Assembly (NCBI GenBank): GCA_964016885.1
Contig: OZ024745.1
Location: 73,594,001-73,658,000 of the forward strand
Length of the DNA stretch: 64,000 bases
Direction: 5' to 3'
Origin: Eledone cirrhosa
Lineage: Eukaryota
In this document: positions 11,770-26,529 of the stretch, piece by piece
How the letters are laid out: every line of letters starts with the position of its first letter
Numbering within the stretch: position 1 is the first letter of the stretch
Position numbers and translations under genes: made by a program
Notes under the pieces: model-generated
The model's input: only the letters and a program-made list of their open reading frames with translations
Told to the model about the DNA's origin: nothing
The model's database searches: none

Positions 11770-14700
11770 CTTTGAGTCTCAACCATTGATGTTATTTAAC
11801 TAGAAAGTTTGTTGAAATGAATATCAAGCCGCTACCTGCAGCCTCAGACATTCAGGACGTATCGGAGGGCTCTTGCTGTTCCCAGCAAGCATGTCTTTTG
11901 AAGTGTTCCAAAAAGCAGGGCTGGACAATCTTCTTTAACCATCCTTGGAAATTCTTTGAGATAGTACCTAGTGCTCCTATGACAATCGGGACGCCCTTGA
12001 TCTCATGGTAGTTCCAAATCCTTTTTTAACTCCCACTTAAAGTCCTGGTATCGGTTAATTTTCTCCCTCTCCTTTTCTTGCGCTCTCCTGTCAAATGGGC
12101 AGGCTATATCTACAATCAGGCACGATCTTTTTTCCTTGTCCAAAACCACCAGGTTAGGCCTATTGTGTTCTAATGTCTTGTCCGTTTGTATCCTAAAATC
12201 CCACAGCACCTTCACCTGATCGTTTTTCTATCACCGACTCTGGCTTATGCTCATACCACTTCTCAGAATGTGCTAAATTGTTTACTTTGCATAGATGGCA
12301 GTGGATCACCCTGCCTATCATATCATGTCTCCAGCCTTTATAGTGAGTCTGGGCTAGGTGTTTACACTCGGATACAATGTGAGCCACAGTTTCCTCTCTC
12401 TTCACAGATCCTACACAGTGAGCTAGCCCCCTCCTTGTAAATATGGTGTTTCACCCACTTCGTTCTGAGGGCTTGCTCTTGCGCAACCATTAGCATTCCT
12501 TCTGTAGCTTTTTTAAGGTCTCCCCTTTTTAACTGTGGATCTCTGAATTCTGTTTTCTTAAAGAAGGTGCTATGAAGGGATTTTTCATGAAGGTTGCTCT
12601 TCCTCCTTGTTAATATTTCCTTCTTGGACATCCCCTGGTCTATTGTCTTCTCCTTCAGTACAACTTTGAGCATTGGCTCCCTACTGTCAGCCACATATTT
12701 GTGCAGACCGTTTTTCTCAATCTGAACACAGTCCTCTATGCTGATAAGACCTCTTCCACCTTCAGATCTCTTTAAGTAGAGTCTATCAACACCACTCCTC
12801 TTGTGGAACATGTTTTAGAGTGTCATTAGCTTCCTAGTCTTCCTATCCATTTCTTTTTGTTCAGCAACATTCCATTTCAGAATTCCCGCACTGTACCTAA
12901 TAATAGACACAGCTCGGGAATTTACTGCACTTATGACATTCCTACTATTTAGGTGTGATTTTAGTATGTTCCTTATTCTCCTTATGTATTCAGATCTTAT
13001 CAATTCATTCATTTATCTTTTGTTCTTAATGTCATGTGCCTCCTGAACACCTAAATATTTGTATCCCTCTTCAGTGTCAATTTCCTTTATTATCTCACCT
13101 GTTGGTACCTGGATTCCGTTGCTTCCGCTCTTCATCACTCGGACTCCACACTTATTATCACCAAATTCCATACATATATCATTGCTGAAAATACGAACAG
13201 TGTCAACAAGTACATACAACTCCTTCTCACTCTTCCCAAAGAGTTTAAGATCGTCCATGAAGAGGAGGTGGTTGATGGTAAGCTCTCCTTTTCCCAACTT
13301 GTATCCTGCTCTCACTTTTCGCAATATGACGGACAGGGGTATCAGGGTAAGGATAAACAAAAAAGGGGGCAAACTATCTCCCTGGAAGATACCTCTCTTG
13401 ATCTTCACGCCTCCTAAGGATTCTCCACCCCGATGTTAGCTCTGTTTCCCAGGACTTCATACTTTTACTTAATAGCTGTCTGATGTTGTCTGCCACCTTG
13501 ACGATCTCTAGGCCTTTGGTTATCCAAGAATGAGGTCCCATGTCGAATGCCTTTTTGTAATCTATCCATCCCATGGCAAGACCAGTATGCCTCCTCTTGC
13601 AATTCCTCATTACCGTCTTATCAATAAGTAACTGGGTTTTGTACCACGGGACTTCTTTCGGCATCCTTTCTGTTCGTCCGGTAATAAGTTGTTTATGTGG
13701 AGGTGATGGTAGATTTCCTCAGTCACAATGCTTGTTAACAGTTTCCACATTACGGACAGACATGTGATAGGCCTATAGTTGGTAACATCATTACCCTTGA
13801 TTCGGTCTTTCATTACCAGAAATGTAGTACCTTTTGTCAACCACTCTGGTACGTCATCCGACATCAAGCAATCATTGAACATGGCTGTCAGTTTTGGGTG
13901 GAGGGATGTTATATTTTTTATCCAATGCACACCATCTGGGCCTGGTGATTTCCAGTTGGTTAGGTTTTGGGCCTGGCCTTTAAGAGTTTCAACCGTGATA
14001 CTCAAATGAGGTTGTTGGTGTGCTTGTTCACTAATCTCCTTTTGAACTGTCTCAATCCACACTGCCTGACTATCATGTTCAACAGCCTGCTCCCATATTC
14101 CTCTCCAGAATGTCTTAGCCTGTTCAGCCTCAGGGATCACGTCCTTACCTCTTTCTTTCCCTTCAAGCTGTTCAAACAACATCTTCTGGTTGTTGTCAAA
14201 CATGCGGTTCTGTCTATACTGACTAACTCTGTTCTCACACCGCCTAATCTTTGCACTTTTTGCTACAATGCGTTGCTTCAGTTCCTCTATGATAACATTT
14301 AGCTCTTTTCCCCTAGTTTTGTATTTTATTTTCAATCTATCTTTAGTGTCTATGTTTTGTAATGTCCCATTCAGTAAAGACTCAAGCTTTCCAATGTCTT
14401 TTCTCATTTCCTTGATTTGACCATTCAGTCGTTTCTTCCACCAAGGTTCTGATCTTTCTTGTTTGCTGTTTCCTCTCGTTTTTATACCAAGTAATTTCTT
14501 CACCGCATTTGCGGTTGGTTTGAGGATATTGTTGCATTGGTGAAGGTTCCTCGTCTCAAGATATGGGATGACCTTGTTTACCTTAGCTGTTGTTTCTTTT
14601 AACTTTTTCCTGTCTACAAATCTTAGGTTCATAGGTTTTCCACTATCATTGTTCATTTCATCTACCACTAAGTTCAGAATATCAACCAAATCTTGTCCTA

Positions 14701-15250
14701 GCCCGTCAGCATTCATTTCCCCAATGGCCGTATCTTTGTTCCAGATGTTATTTATTTCAGCATTGTTTGTTTCGGTTGCTTCCTCAGGTCTCTCAACTTC
14801 TTCACCTTCATTTCCCACTGGCTCATTCGCCTGATATACTCCACTCTCCATTTCCAACTCAATCTCTTTGCTCAGTTCCTCCAGTTCCAGCTCGCTTATT
14901 CATCCATTAGTTCTTATTACACGAGCCTGCACGGCAAATTTTGTTCACCTAATTTAAATAGACCAATCTCGTTCCAGATGTTATGCATCCAGTTCCTATA
15001 GCCTTTTTCCATGGGGTTACTCTTCAGGTAACATTTCATGACAGCTCTATTCAATTCTTTCGTCCAGTTGGTTCTTGTCCCATTCCTTCTTCCTCCAACA
15101 CCAGCAGTATTTGGATGACAGCCAGGTCCCAGGGAGCACTTGTCTTTCACATGTCTTTTCACATGTCTTTTCACCGTTAATCGAACTGTTTAGGTTTGAC
15201 ATTTAAACACTCATATCGAGGATTGGTGAATGTATGGTTACCTCACCACC
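11770..15250 (-). mobile_element. Near full-length, frameshifted R4/Dong-clade non-LTR retrotransposon (RT + CCHC + RLE endonuclease)
   Basis: ORF fragments contain KSPGPDG, NYRPITCL, EQKGC, WIDYKKAFD, GIFQGDSL, HLLFMDDLKL, YKYLG, CRIC..ETVAHIVSEC, RHD, LWDF.IQTD..NRP and IVDIACP. The 3' end runs into the (TAA)n tail of a SINE. The 5' boundary is approximate. Confidence 0.92.
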
Positions 15251-15386
15251 GGTGATTTTAGCGTGCCACCACCACGTTGTAAACGAAAAAAAAAGGTTTT
15301 GGGGCAATTTATGTGACATTTATCTATCATCATTTTTTGTGCTGTTTTTAATGTTTTCCTAATGTGAGTCCTGTTTATAAGTCATT

Positions 15387-16110
15387 TTGGCAGTATCGGT
15401 AGAGGGTCGGACATGCTTTCCAGCATAGTTACGTCCCTTTACGATCTGAGTTCAAATCCCGCCGAGGATAACTTTGCCTTTCATCCTTACGGGGTCGATA
15501 AAATAAAGTACCAGTAATGTACTGAATAATTGCTGGCCTTGTGTCAAAAGTAGAAACAATTATTATTTGAATTGGCAGCATCGGTAGAGGGGCGGACGCC
15601 ATGCTTTACAGCATAGTTACGTCCCTTCAAATCCCGCCAAGGTTAACTTTGCCTTTCATCCTTACGGGGTCGATAAAATAAAGTACCAGTAACGTACTGG
15701 GATAATTACTGACCTTGTGCCAAAAGTAGAAACGATTATTGTTATCTTACGGAGTTGATAAAACAGAGCCCCAGCAACACACTGGGATAATTGCCGTCCC
15801 CGTAGCAAAAGCAGTATCAACCACCATCATCATCAGCATCTACAATTTATGGTCAGAGCACACATCCTGCCGCGGTCAATCGCTGGCCCTGTGCCATTAT
15901 TATTATTATTATTACAAAGGGCAGTGGATTGGCAGTATCGGTAGAGGGTCGGATGCCATGCTTTGACGCATAGAATTACGGCCCTTTCCATTCTGAGTTG
16001 AAATCCCGCCGAGGTCAACTTTGCTTTTCATCCTTACGGGGTCGATAAAATAAAGTACCAGTAATGTACTGGGTAATTGCTGGCCTTGTGCCAAAAGTAT
16101 AAACAATTAT
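15387..16110 (+). mobile_element. SINE cluster, copies at ~15387-15560, 15571-15735 and 15918-16105
   Basis: Same head, core and tail as the 11161 family. Confidence 0.88.
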
Positions 16111-16116
16111 TATTAC

Positions 16117-16735
16117 AGTTGCATTTATCTTGCTTTATGTTCATACGAGTTATCACCAAGTCACAACCAGTGACCTCAAGAGACAACAAGGTCCGCCATG
16201 TTCAAGAAAGAACATACATACACACACATGCATCTTTAGGTGTTTAGTCTTGTGATGTACTTATATTGACAGAATCTTCCTTAGTATATGGGCAGTTCCC
16301 ATTAGTACTATCTTTTGTATTTCTCCTATAAGCGGGTTTCCTGGGATTTGTGATAAGTAATCATTAGATCCCTTGGGTATCATTCATAGAGCGCCTACAA
16401 CCACTGGTATTGTTCTAGTTCTCAATTTCCCCATTTTTCCAATTTCTATCTCCATGTCCTTATACTTGCTCAATTTTTCAAATGTTTTTAAAGATACATT
16501 CTTGTCTATTGGAACGGGCATATCAATTAGCAGGCATACCCTCTTTTTAAAGTCCTTCAGTATTATATCAGGTCTATTTGCATCTATTTTTCGGTCTGTT
16601 TGGATGCTAAAGTTCCACAAGATTGAGATGTGATCTTTTTCAAGTACGGGAGGTGGTTGATGCGCCCACCAATTCTTTTGATGGGGCAGATCAAAATGCT
16701 TACACATTATCCAATGTATGTATTGTGCAGCTCTT
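16117..16735 (-). mobile_element. 5'-truncated R4/Dong-type LINE 3' fragment (RLE domain), a second family
   Basis: YIHWIMCK...ILWNFSIQTDRKIDANRPDII...IDMPVP...EKLSKYKD...IPVVVGAL. Both ends abut (TAA)n. Confidence 0.88.
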
Positions 16736-16911
16736 ATTATTATTATTATTACTATTATATGTAGTTTAGAAAGCCATCTCACTCACTTCTTACCTCGAGA
16801 TTTCCCATCTGCATTGTTGTGGCTTTCTAAACTACATATTTTACACATTTCACAATGCTTCAAGCAAACTTTAACACCCTCTTATTATTACTATTATTAC
16901 TAAGGCGGTAA

Positions 16912-17130
16912 GGGTGGTGGATTGACAGTATCGTTAGAGCGTCGGACAACATGCTTTGTGCCATATAGTTTCGGTCCTTTATGGTCTGAGTTCAAATCCC
17001 GCCAAGTTAGCTTTGCTTTTCATCCTTACGGGGTCGATAAAATCGAAAAATCGTTTTTCGATTTATGCCCCCCCCCCCCCCCCCCCCCCCCCACCAAATA
17101 AAATTGTTGGCCTTGTGCCTAAATTTGGCG
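16912..17130 (+). mobile_element. SINE copy, variant with internal poly-C
   Basis: Box B and the Nin/Deu-type core are present, with tail TGGCCTTGTGCCTAAA. Confidence 0.8.
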
Positions 17131-17644
17131 TAAACAAGTGTTTCTTAAGACGCTAGGGATAGTGCTCAAACCGCTAGGGAAAGAGCCCACGCACAATTAA
17201 CCTCCTTCAATATACAAGCGCATAATCAGAGCAGGCTTGTACATTCGAACCATGCTCCCCACAATCATACACCTTTCAACAAACTGACTGAAAGGTTGCA
17301 CTTTTCTTTGCCTACTTATTTTTCTATTCAAGTTTTCCTGGACTCAAGACCTGTCTTCCAGACAATATTCCTGTTGTTTATAGTACACAATATTGAACAT
17401 TCCTTCGTTTATGTGAGGATTGGTGAATAGTGTTAAATAAACAAACTTGCAACTAAACTTAGAATACACGGAAATGAAGTTTGAAACAATAAACAAAATA
17501 TAAAGAGGGATAAACTAAACAAGAACAAGAACAAAACCGTAATTAAACTAATAGATACACACTAAAGCAGAGTCGGTCACAATTTAATGTCCAAAAGCAC
17601 AAATTTTCGTGACATCAACAACAACAATAACAGCATCAACAATA

Positions 17645-17800
17645 ATAATTGTTTCTACTTTTGGCACAAGGCCAGCAATTATCTCAGTGCATTACTGGTA
17701 CTTTATTTTATCGACCCCGTAAGAATGAAAGGCAAAGTTAACCTCGGCGGGATTTGAACTCAGTCAGACTATAAAGGGCCGTAACTCTATACTGCAAAGC
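17645..17800 (-). mobile_element. 5'-truncated SINE copy
   Basis: Reverse complement of the 11368 copy, including the GTCTGACTGAG variant. Confidence 0.85.
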
Positions 17801-18251
17801 GTCAACAATAATAATACCACAAGCAGTAACAAGAATGGTGAAAACAACAACAGCATCAACAATAAGAATACCACTAATAACAAGAACAGCGAAAAAAACA
17901 AGAACTACTACAGCAACAATGTACACTCGGCCATATAGTTGATGTCAAACGAAGAAGATGGCGAACAAAGAAACAGTTTTGAATTAGCTTATGATGCCAG
18001 TCATGAGCAATGTACGGCGTTTCCTTTGTTTGCATAGAATATGTGCTATGCAAGTTTTATTGTTTCATTATGTGATATTTGTATAAAATATATGTTAAGC
18101 GGGTTATATTATAGTACTAGAAACAAACCATGTAGAATATGTTTTGTGTGAATTGTTATAGCGCTGGGTGATGATTACATCGCATAAATATGAACACACC
18201 AAATGTAAATTTATGATTAAGAAACAAAGATTATTAAGCTTAAGACCATAA

Positions 18252-18737
18252 TAATTCTTTCTACATTTGGCACAAGGCCAGCAATTTGAAGGACAGGGGG
18301 AAGTCGACTAAATCAACCCCAGTGCTTTAGTGGTACTTTATTTTATCGACCCGTTAGGATGAAAGGCAACTAACCTCGACGGGAACTCACAACGTAAACG
18401 GCCATAACTAAATAATGCGAAGAATTTTGTTCGACGCTCTACCGATTCTGCCAATCCAGGGGGTGGAGAAAGTCGATTTAATCGACCCCAGTGGTGTCTG
18501 ACGCTCTATCGATACTGCCAATCCACTGCCCTACTTAAGACCATAATAATTGTTTCTACTTTTGGCACAAGGCCAGCAATTACCCAGTGTATTACTGGTA
18601 CTTTATTTTATCGACCCGTAAGGATGAAAGGTAAAGTTAACCTCGGCGGGATTTGAACTCAGAATGGCAAGGGCCGTAACTCAATGCGTCAAAGCATGGC
18701 GTCCGACCCTCTACCGATACTGCCAATCCACCGCCCT
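18252..18737 (-). mobile_element. SINE cluster: older copy 18252-18460, partial 18497-18535, young copy 18545-18737
   Basis: Reverse-complement SINE core and tail motifs. Confidence 0.85.
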
Positions 18738-18995
18738 AAGACCATAATAATAAAGTAGATTTCCATCAACTAATTGTTTTACGGGACAACAACGTAGTGA
18801 ATTTAATCGTTGAATAAAGCTTAGTAGTTACAGTTTATTTGGTGAGCGTGAGTTTAAGCAAAACAAGAATGCAGCATCATAAATATGAGAATACCCTTGG
18901 TATGGAAATTGTTTTGAAAACGAACTACCCACGTGGATGCGCTTTAAAATTCTAAGGCAGTTGAAGAAGGCCGATGGGTTCTATGATCAAACGTT

Positions 18996-19345
18996 ATCAT
19001 CATCATTTCATCATCATTTCATTTTACGTGCGCTTTTCCCTGCTTGCAAGGGTGGGACGTGAACTGATTCTGGCTTGATTTCTACAGCTGGATGCCCTTC
19101 CTAACACCAACCTCATTTACAGTGAGTGCTGGGTGCTTTTTTGCCGTGGCACCTCCACGACCACTTTGCAGTGGAATGATATGGACCCCAGTCCCTATCA
19201 TCTCATTTCTACAGCTGAGTAAACTGGAGCAATGTGAAATAAAGTGTCTTGCTCAAGGAAACAACACATCACCCGGTCTGAGAATTGAACTCACAACCTT
19301 TCGATTGCAAGGCCAATGCTCTAACCACTAAGCCATGTGCCTCCA
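18996..19345 (-). mobile_element. Second SINE family with tRNA head and RTE-like (GAT)n tail
   Basis: Minus-strand head TGGCTTAGTGGTTAGAGC...GAGTTCAATTCTC, body CCTTGAGCAAGACACTT, 3' part TTAGGAAGGGCATCCAGCTGTAGAAA, (GAT)n end. Confidence 0.8.
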
Positions 19346-19592
19346 CATTATATTTATTAAAAAAAGGCCGAAGGTTTTAATCAGAATAAATCAGTTTATC
19401 ATAATTATTTCTAACATGGGCACAAGGTCAGTAATTTGGGGAAAAGGGAAAGTAAATTATATTGACACCATTATTTATCTGGTAGTTGACCTCGGTGGTA
19501 TTTGAACTCAGGAAGTTGAAAGTCGTAGTTAAACATCGCAAAGATTTTTTCTACTGCTCTACCGATGCTTCCACCCCCCTCAAATCAGTGGA

Positions 19593-19909
19593 CAGTAAGT
19601 CCCCACCTTACGAACATGCTACTTACGAACTTCCTCAGATACGAACAGTCTCACGATGAAAAAAATAATGTCTGAGTACTTTTTTTCTTTAACAATTTAT
19701 TGTCATTAGCTCTCATTAAATTCATTATTGCATGTTATATATACCTCTATACACTTTATATATATATCGCTCATGTGGAAACCTGCAGTATCAATGAAAC
19801 ATATATGGGCTTACTGGTACGCACTGTGTTAGACGATCAACTTACGAATGAATCAACTAGTGAGCGGCCTCTTGGAACGTAACTCTTTCGTAAGTTGGGG
19901 ACTTACACT
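19593..19909. mobile_element. Tigger/pogo-like MITE
   Basis: Terminal inverted repeats CAGTAAGTCCCCACCTTACGAAC and TTCGTAAGTTGGGGACTTACACT, with subterminal TTACGAAC repeats. Confidence 0.75.
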
Positions 19910-21463
19910 ATAATAATGAAAAAAGATTTCTAAACGTTCTCTTTTCTCTTTTAGCACGTTATTTAGATATTACGTACATCTCAGATCAATTTAATATGAC
20001 ATGCCTAGTGAGTTGTAGAGAATATGAAAAACAAAATACAATAGAAATACGTTCACACATGAAGGTGTATAACAACATAATATCCTTAAGATAATATTTT
20101 TCAGTGGAAAATGCATTCAACGTCTGACTATGTATGTAGTAAGAATAATCTATTTTCATTCTTTGAATTTTTCGTTTATTTTAGGTTAAATATTTCCTCC
20201 TATTATGTAACAGATTAGGAGTGGTTTCATTGAACATAGCCATACCTGTTTACAACGTCATATTTTTCTATTATTCTATTATTAGCACTTTACACGTATT
20301 TTTACTTTCTTTTCTTTCTTCCTGAAAAGCAAACATTTAAGTGTACACATCATAAATAGTAGATAATAGCGAATGATAAAATAAAAAAAATCAAGTATAT
20401 CAATAACAGTTCAAGAAATAAAGTTTCCATTGTAAATAATATATCTTGAAAATATAAATCTCAAACAGAAACAACCATTAATTGTACCCTAATCTCACGT
20501 GATCAATGAATTGCTTCCGCTGATCAATTACTCTTAAGTATGCTCACCTTTGTCAATTCTTTATTTTAATCAGCAGATTATTGTGCTCAAATATTACATT
20601 TGGAAACGTTACATAACTCGTTGTTTTTAATTCTTCAGTTCTTTGTGACAAGCGTCTCAAATAGCTCCACTGTCAAAATAGTAAATTCAATTTAGATTTT
20701 TATTGATTAATGGCTAAGCAAGCATGTATTGGATTTAGAGATCCGTATTGTTCCACACCCTGTAATATAAATATTATTTTTATCGGATATTTGGAAACGT
20801 TTTGGAATGCCGTTCAAAATATAAAACAACAGAGACATCTTTTGCTTTTTTGAAATATTTTCTGAATATTGATGTGAAACATAGGAACAAAGTTGCAGAT
20901 GGTTAACGTGACCTTCAGTAATAGAATGATGTTTATTTTATAGAGCATTGAAGGATGTACAGCAAATCCAACTTCAGTGAAATTTTAAACAAGGACGTAA
21001 AGGGGAATAGCATTGCATTTTGTCCCCCAATCTAGCGATACCACCATCCACCAAAATATTAGTTAATTTTTATAAGGTGCGTTACTAATACTATTTACTG
21101 AGAAAAGTACGACTAAATATCTGCTTTCACTTCCTGGTTCCAGTTTTTAGTAGCGACATTCTCACTTCACTTACGTCCCTTGTGAAAAGCATGAATATCA
21201 AAACATTATTTCCCTTCCAAAATTAGAAAACTTTATTCCTAGCCAAAACGAAATAACAAATCTGTTTTTTTTTTTCATTAACGTAGAAATTATTTTGTTG
21301 TTTCTTACAAATGTCATTTAATTACTTTCAATTAAATGGCTGTGAAGGTGCAATAACTCACATTTTTTTATGGTAAATATTTGATGGGCCACTTCAAAAT
21401 ACATCACGACCCACTCAGTAAAATATTTATGTGTAAAACAAAACACCACTCACCTATTATTAT

Positions 21464-21665
21464 TGGCTGTATCGGTACAGCGTCGTACAACATGCTTTAC
21501 GGCATGCATAGAGTTGCGGTCCTTTACGTTTTGAGTTCCCATCCCGCCGAGGTTAGCTTTGCCTTTCATCCTTAGGGTGTCGATTAAAAAAAGTACCAGT
21601 CACGTACTGGGTTGATTTAATCGACTTTCCATTCCTCTAAAATGTGTTGGCCTAAATCAGAAACT
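21464..21665 (+). mobile_element. Older SINE copy
   Basis: CCCGCCGAGGTTAGCTTTGCCTTTCATCCTTAGGGTGTCGAT core. Confidence 0.8.
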
Positions 21666-21739
21666 ATTATTTGCAAGAGAACATAGAAAAAGTCCCACTT
21701 ATTATTTACCAGTCGAACAGAGTAGAAGACAGAAAACCC

Positions 21740-23570
21740 AAATGACATTTATGTAGGGTCCATAAACCACTCAAATGCCTCCTACAACAACGCAAAAGGA
21801 GAAAGAAGAAGTCACCACCACTACCAATGTCAACAACAACAACAAAACAACAAAAGCGTGCAACAACTGCAGCAGCAGCCCCAACATTAACAAGGCAGGA
21901 GGAGTAACAGTACCAATACTTACAACAATGACGATAACAACAACCACAAAAATAGCAACACTAACTACAACAGAAGCTGTGACAACAATAGGAGCATCAA
22001 AAGCAACAGCATCAACTGGACAGATAACAATAGCATCAATGAGAAAACAACAACAACGGAATTAAAATCCAGCAACTAAACCATCATCTAGAGAAAATTG
22101 CGACACAACTCTCCCTTCCTCTCCTCTCTCTTTCAAACACAAATCACACACAAACACACTCCGCTCTCTTCTGTGTCCGATATTTCCGTCACAGAAACCT
22201 CCTTATTTTGCGCTGTGAAGGAGGAGGACCCCACAAAAAAATCCCCAAAATTCTCAAGAAATTAAAAAAAATATCGCCTTCTCTCAACCCAACGCACACC
22301 CTGGAAAAGATCAACAAAACCTCACCTACACTAAACACAGACATGTTTTCACTCCCTCCACCACCAATACCATCGCTATCACTACTTACAGCAAACAGAA
22401 AATACTCACAATAACAACAGCAGCGGACAGACACACAAACACAACAACAATAAACCACACCCACCACAAACTTTGTGGTAGTGAGAAAGACAAAGAAATA
22501 AATGATCTCCCTTATAGAATCAAAGGAGGACATTAAAAGAGAGAGGGATATTTGACACCAATACCTTCAAGGTTCTACAAATTACAAAAAAATGGTAATG
22601 TTGAGTATTGCAACCTACAAAACAAAGAAAGAAAGAGAACTTCCCACGTGATACTGGAAACCAAAATGTCAAGGCCTACAGTCGGGCAATATCTGTAATT
22701 TAAATACATTTTTCTTTTTGCTAAATAACGACGTCGAAGAAATGAAAATGAATAGCAAATGCATCATCTTCACTTCTGACAATGACAACCCTTCTCCCCT
22801 TCTGATGAATGCCTGCCGTTACTACCACGATCAGTATGATCAGTATCAACACCAACACCAACACCAACACCAACAAAAATAACAACAACAACAATAACGG
22901 TGACGATGACAATAATAAAAAGACAAGACCATCACCTTCGCCACAATACATAACATCGATAATGACAACAATGAAAATATAACTGAAAGCACCGTCAGCA
23001 TCTATAGCAATGTCAAACGCGAACAACAAGGTATTTACTTTGGCTGAATCCATCCTCATTGCAACGCGGCGGAATATCTGCAAGTAAACATTCAGAATTA
23101 GCTGGATGGACGTATCACCCGTCCTTTCACTTGAATAAACTAAAATGGTCTTTCTCACGTTCCTACTTTTCATGATCTTGCATGAATATGTAGTGTAAAT
23201 ACATATGGCTGGGATCGCCTTCGAAACAAGAACATCTGCTGAATGACCTATAGATATTGGGGCCATCAGCGTGACCAGAATTTCTGAGGCACGAACATTC
23301 GCACCCTTCATGCGTGTTGCACGCATCTTTAAGTCGAACGGGATGGGTACGTGAAGTAGCTGTGTTGTTTCGTAAAGATCTGGATTTCGCGATACTGGCC
23401 ATCTTCCTAAACTCAGAAAGTACGTCAGTGGTACTGAACGTTACCGACGGCAACAACCAAACATTCATACTTGTCGCCGTCTACGCTCTGACAAGCTTTC
23501 CTGGGAACGTCCCGTTCTTTTGTGTTTGGAGGATTGAAACAATATTTTGGATGCACGCTGAGGTTGAATG
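21740..23570 (+). mobile_element. Degenerate relative of the Tx1-like LINE (low-complexity ORF1-like remnants plus APE N-terminus)
   Basis: 23190-23570 aligns by eye with the ORF2 start at 38280-38710 (VAVLFRKDLD.AI.AIFL...VVL.VT.G...F.LVAVYA). The ORF1 assignment of the upstream part is weaker. Confidence 0.65.
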
Positions 23571-24189
23571 AAGCTAGCCGATAAGTGGAGTACAAAATAT
23601 TGTAAACGGTCTTAGCTAACTGGGAACTCCCAAAGTATTGTTACATGTGTTATTATCTTCCATTACTGGCCCTGGGTGCTGTTGATGGCTGTTTTTATTT
23701 TGTAGTGTTTGCATAGCTTCCAGTGGAGGTATTAGGTGACTCTGTCAAGGTGTTTCTTATATTCATTTTGTGTCAGTACCGGACAGCTTGAAATAAGAAG
23801 CTCTATTGTTTCATCTATATTTTAAAATATGGCCTTTGTAGTTTATGGTAAGCAAGCTTTGGTTGTTTTCTGGTCTACAGCAGCATATTTGCTTTAGAGT
23901 AAATGCTGTCCATAAGTAGGCTGTTGTCCCCATCGATCTTCTAGATGTTCTTGACTTTGCATTTAGCTTGAATAGTGGCAGATTTTCCTTTTCCTCATTT
24001 TGTTGGCCTCACGTTTTAGAATACGTTGAAGATCCAAATTCTGAGAACTCTAGATATCTAAACACCCTCCCGTGCCTCGCATACCCCTCTGTAGGTACAG
24101 ACGATCAATATTTACTTTAGCGAGGTGCATTTTGTTGCATTTCAGTATCTTTTCTATCTTCATATCCATCTTAATCATTATTATTAATC

Positions 24190-24950
24190 GTGTTTTGTAC
24201 AGTTATTGGGATTACTGGATCTTTTACTGTTGGCTTTCAACAAGGGCCTTGGAAAGAGAGTATTGTCCTAAGTATATGTGCAGTGTCCAACGAGACAGCC
24301 TTTCTGAGAGAGTAATTTGTGATTCACGGTCTACTTGCTTGAGATATCCTCTTAGATTTAGTGATATCGAGCCCAAAGCTCCGGTAGCAAATGGGATTAT
24401 CTTCATGTTGTTAGATTTTATTGATCATATACGTGCAAATTTGACCTTTAAGTCAACATATTTTGTTTGTGTTCTTTTTTAAATTTTTGTCAAAGCTATG
24501 TTGTAGTCTACTGGAATAGTAACATCCAAATTCTGCCATGCAAACCTATATCTGTGCATTACTACAATAGCATATCTGTCGTGTTCAAGTCTGCCTTCCA
24601 TATGGATAGTGAAGTCCCAGAGTGTCTTAAGTTTGCCTGTCATTAAAGACACGTTCTCGAACATGTTGGTATCATTATCAGATATCTGGTATCCATATCC
24701 TTTGCATATATGACCAGTGATCTGACATATACCATATCATGGCTTTTATACTTTTTTGAGCTAGCATTTTGCACCAGCTCACTATGTGGGAGACACTTTC
24801 TGTATAAATACCACTTAGGCGGTACTTCCCACTTTCACTATATAAACTGCCTCCTATCTTCTATCGAATATGGTCCACTGTCTATAATAGAAACTTTATC
24901 ACAAAGTGGCATGTAATTTCCTATTTCACACAACGTATATTCTGCATTTA
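24190..24950 (-). mobile_element. Old R4/Dong-type RLE fragment
   Basis: TLWDFTIHMEGRLEHDR..IVV...DVTIPVD and IIPFATGALGSI. Confidence 0.65.
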
Positions 24951-26529
24951 CTGACTATATTGTTTGACGTTTTAGATGTTCAATTATTCTAATATTTAGC
25001 CCCCACATTTAGCACAAGTGTATAAGATGTTATATAATTTATATTCCAATTCTTTCATCTCTTGAGTGGGTTGAATTTTGATGAGATGGCTGAAGGGTGT
25101 AATGTTATTTACGAACACTTTTATGATGTTAAATTGACCATAGTTATATTCTATCTTCTTGTTTATACCCTTCAGTTAGATCCACTCAAGAAATGGAATA
25201 ATTGAAGATATACACCCACAATGTAAAAACTCGTAATGAATACCGCAAGACAGCCTACCGATATGCTACCCTGATAATTGTTTCCAGCATAGGAGAACGG
25301 ACAGATATTTAGTGCGAGATGTTGGTTAATTAAATCCAGTGTTTGACTAGTAGTTTATTTTATCTGCTCAAGAAGGATGAAAGGTAAAGTTGACCTCGGA
25401 ACGTAACGTAAAGCCTTTTATCCAATCCCACACCCTAACTCCAATAATAATAATAATAGTTTCTAATTTAGGCATAAGAGTGGTACATTTAGTGGGAGAG
25501 GAAACACGAATTGACAGCGAATTTTATTTTATTGAACCTGATGGGATGAAAAGCGAGATTTCAACTCGGAACGTAAAGTGTCGTACTGCAAAGCATTTTG
25601 TCCAGTCCACCGCCCTCTTATGATAATGGTTTCTAACGTTTTAAAGAAAGCCACGCATTTTATGGGAGATAGAGGCATATTTATTTGAATGAAATCTCAG
25701 CATGTTACTGGTACTTCTTTTACCTAAGAGGGGAAAAATAAAAAGTAATTCGAAAATGATTAGAACTCAGAACGTAAATAGACATATCTGGATACTACAA
25801 TGCATGTGTAAACATTCGCTAATTATGTATACAACTTGATGCTCATATATTTCGGGAGAAAATATCTGTCAAATGAGTTACTGCTATGATTTTCTCACAT
25901 TTTGACGTCTTATAAAACTATTTTAAAAAGTTTATCGCTAACTTAGGATATTTGATATTATCTATGTCGTAAACATTGTATTGTAAGACTTGTTGAATAA
26001 GTATATGAAGGAAAGTAACATTTCTTGTTTGCTTTTCTTGAATTTTCTATCTGTTTTAATCTTTCTCTATCATTATTTCTATTATAACCCCCCCCCCCCA
26101 TTTCTTTAACACTCCACTGAACCAAGTTAGTTTGAACAGTTATGTCCCACAAAATTAAATCTAACAACTCTATTCAAATAATTAGCCCCCATACACATAT
26201 ACGAACATAAAAGCGCGCACACATACACTCGCACACAGTGAGCCTCTATGTGGCCACTAAATATGCTAGAAATAGTAGTAAAATTCTCTGACGTTATACC
26301 ATACTATTTGGGGAAAGTAACGAACACATATTGAATAATGCAATCATACACGCCCCTAAAAAGATGAGATAGTTATGATTAGAATGCATTTGGTCTAGGG
26401 TCGGTTGAATTTACCTGGGGTTTAAACATCAACAACAACCATTTACCCATTTCAGCATTCTAGAAAATAAAAGAATTTAATTTAAAAACTTAACTCATGT
26501 AAAATAAATTACTATTTCGCTAATCTAGC

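Noticed and set aside
20247-20669. Two minus-strand segments with plausible acceptor and donor sites (~20247-20322 and 20548-20669)
   Set aside because: Stop codons occur in all three frames and there is no other support.
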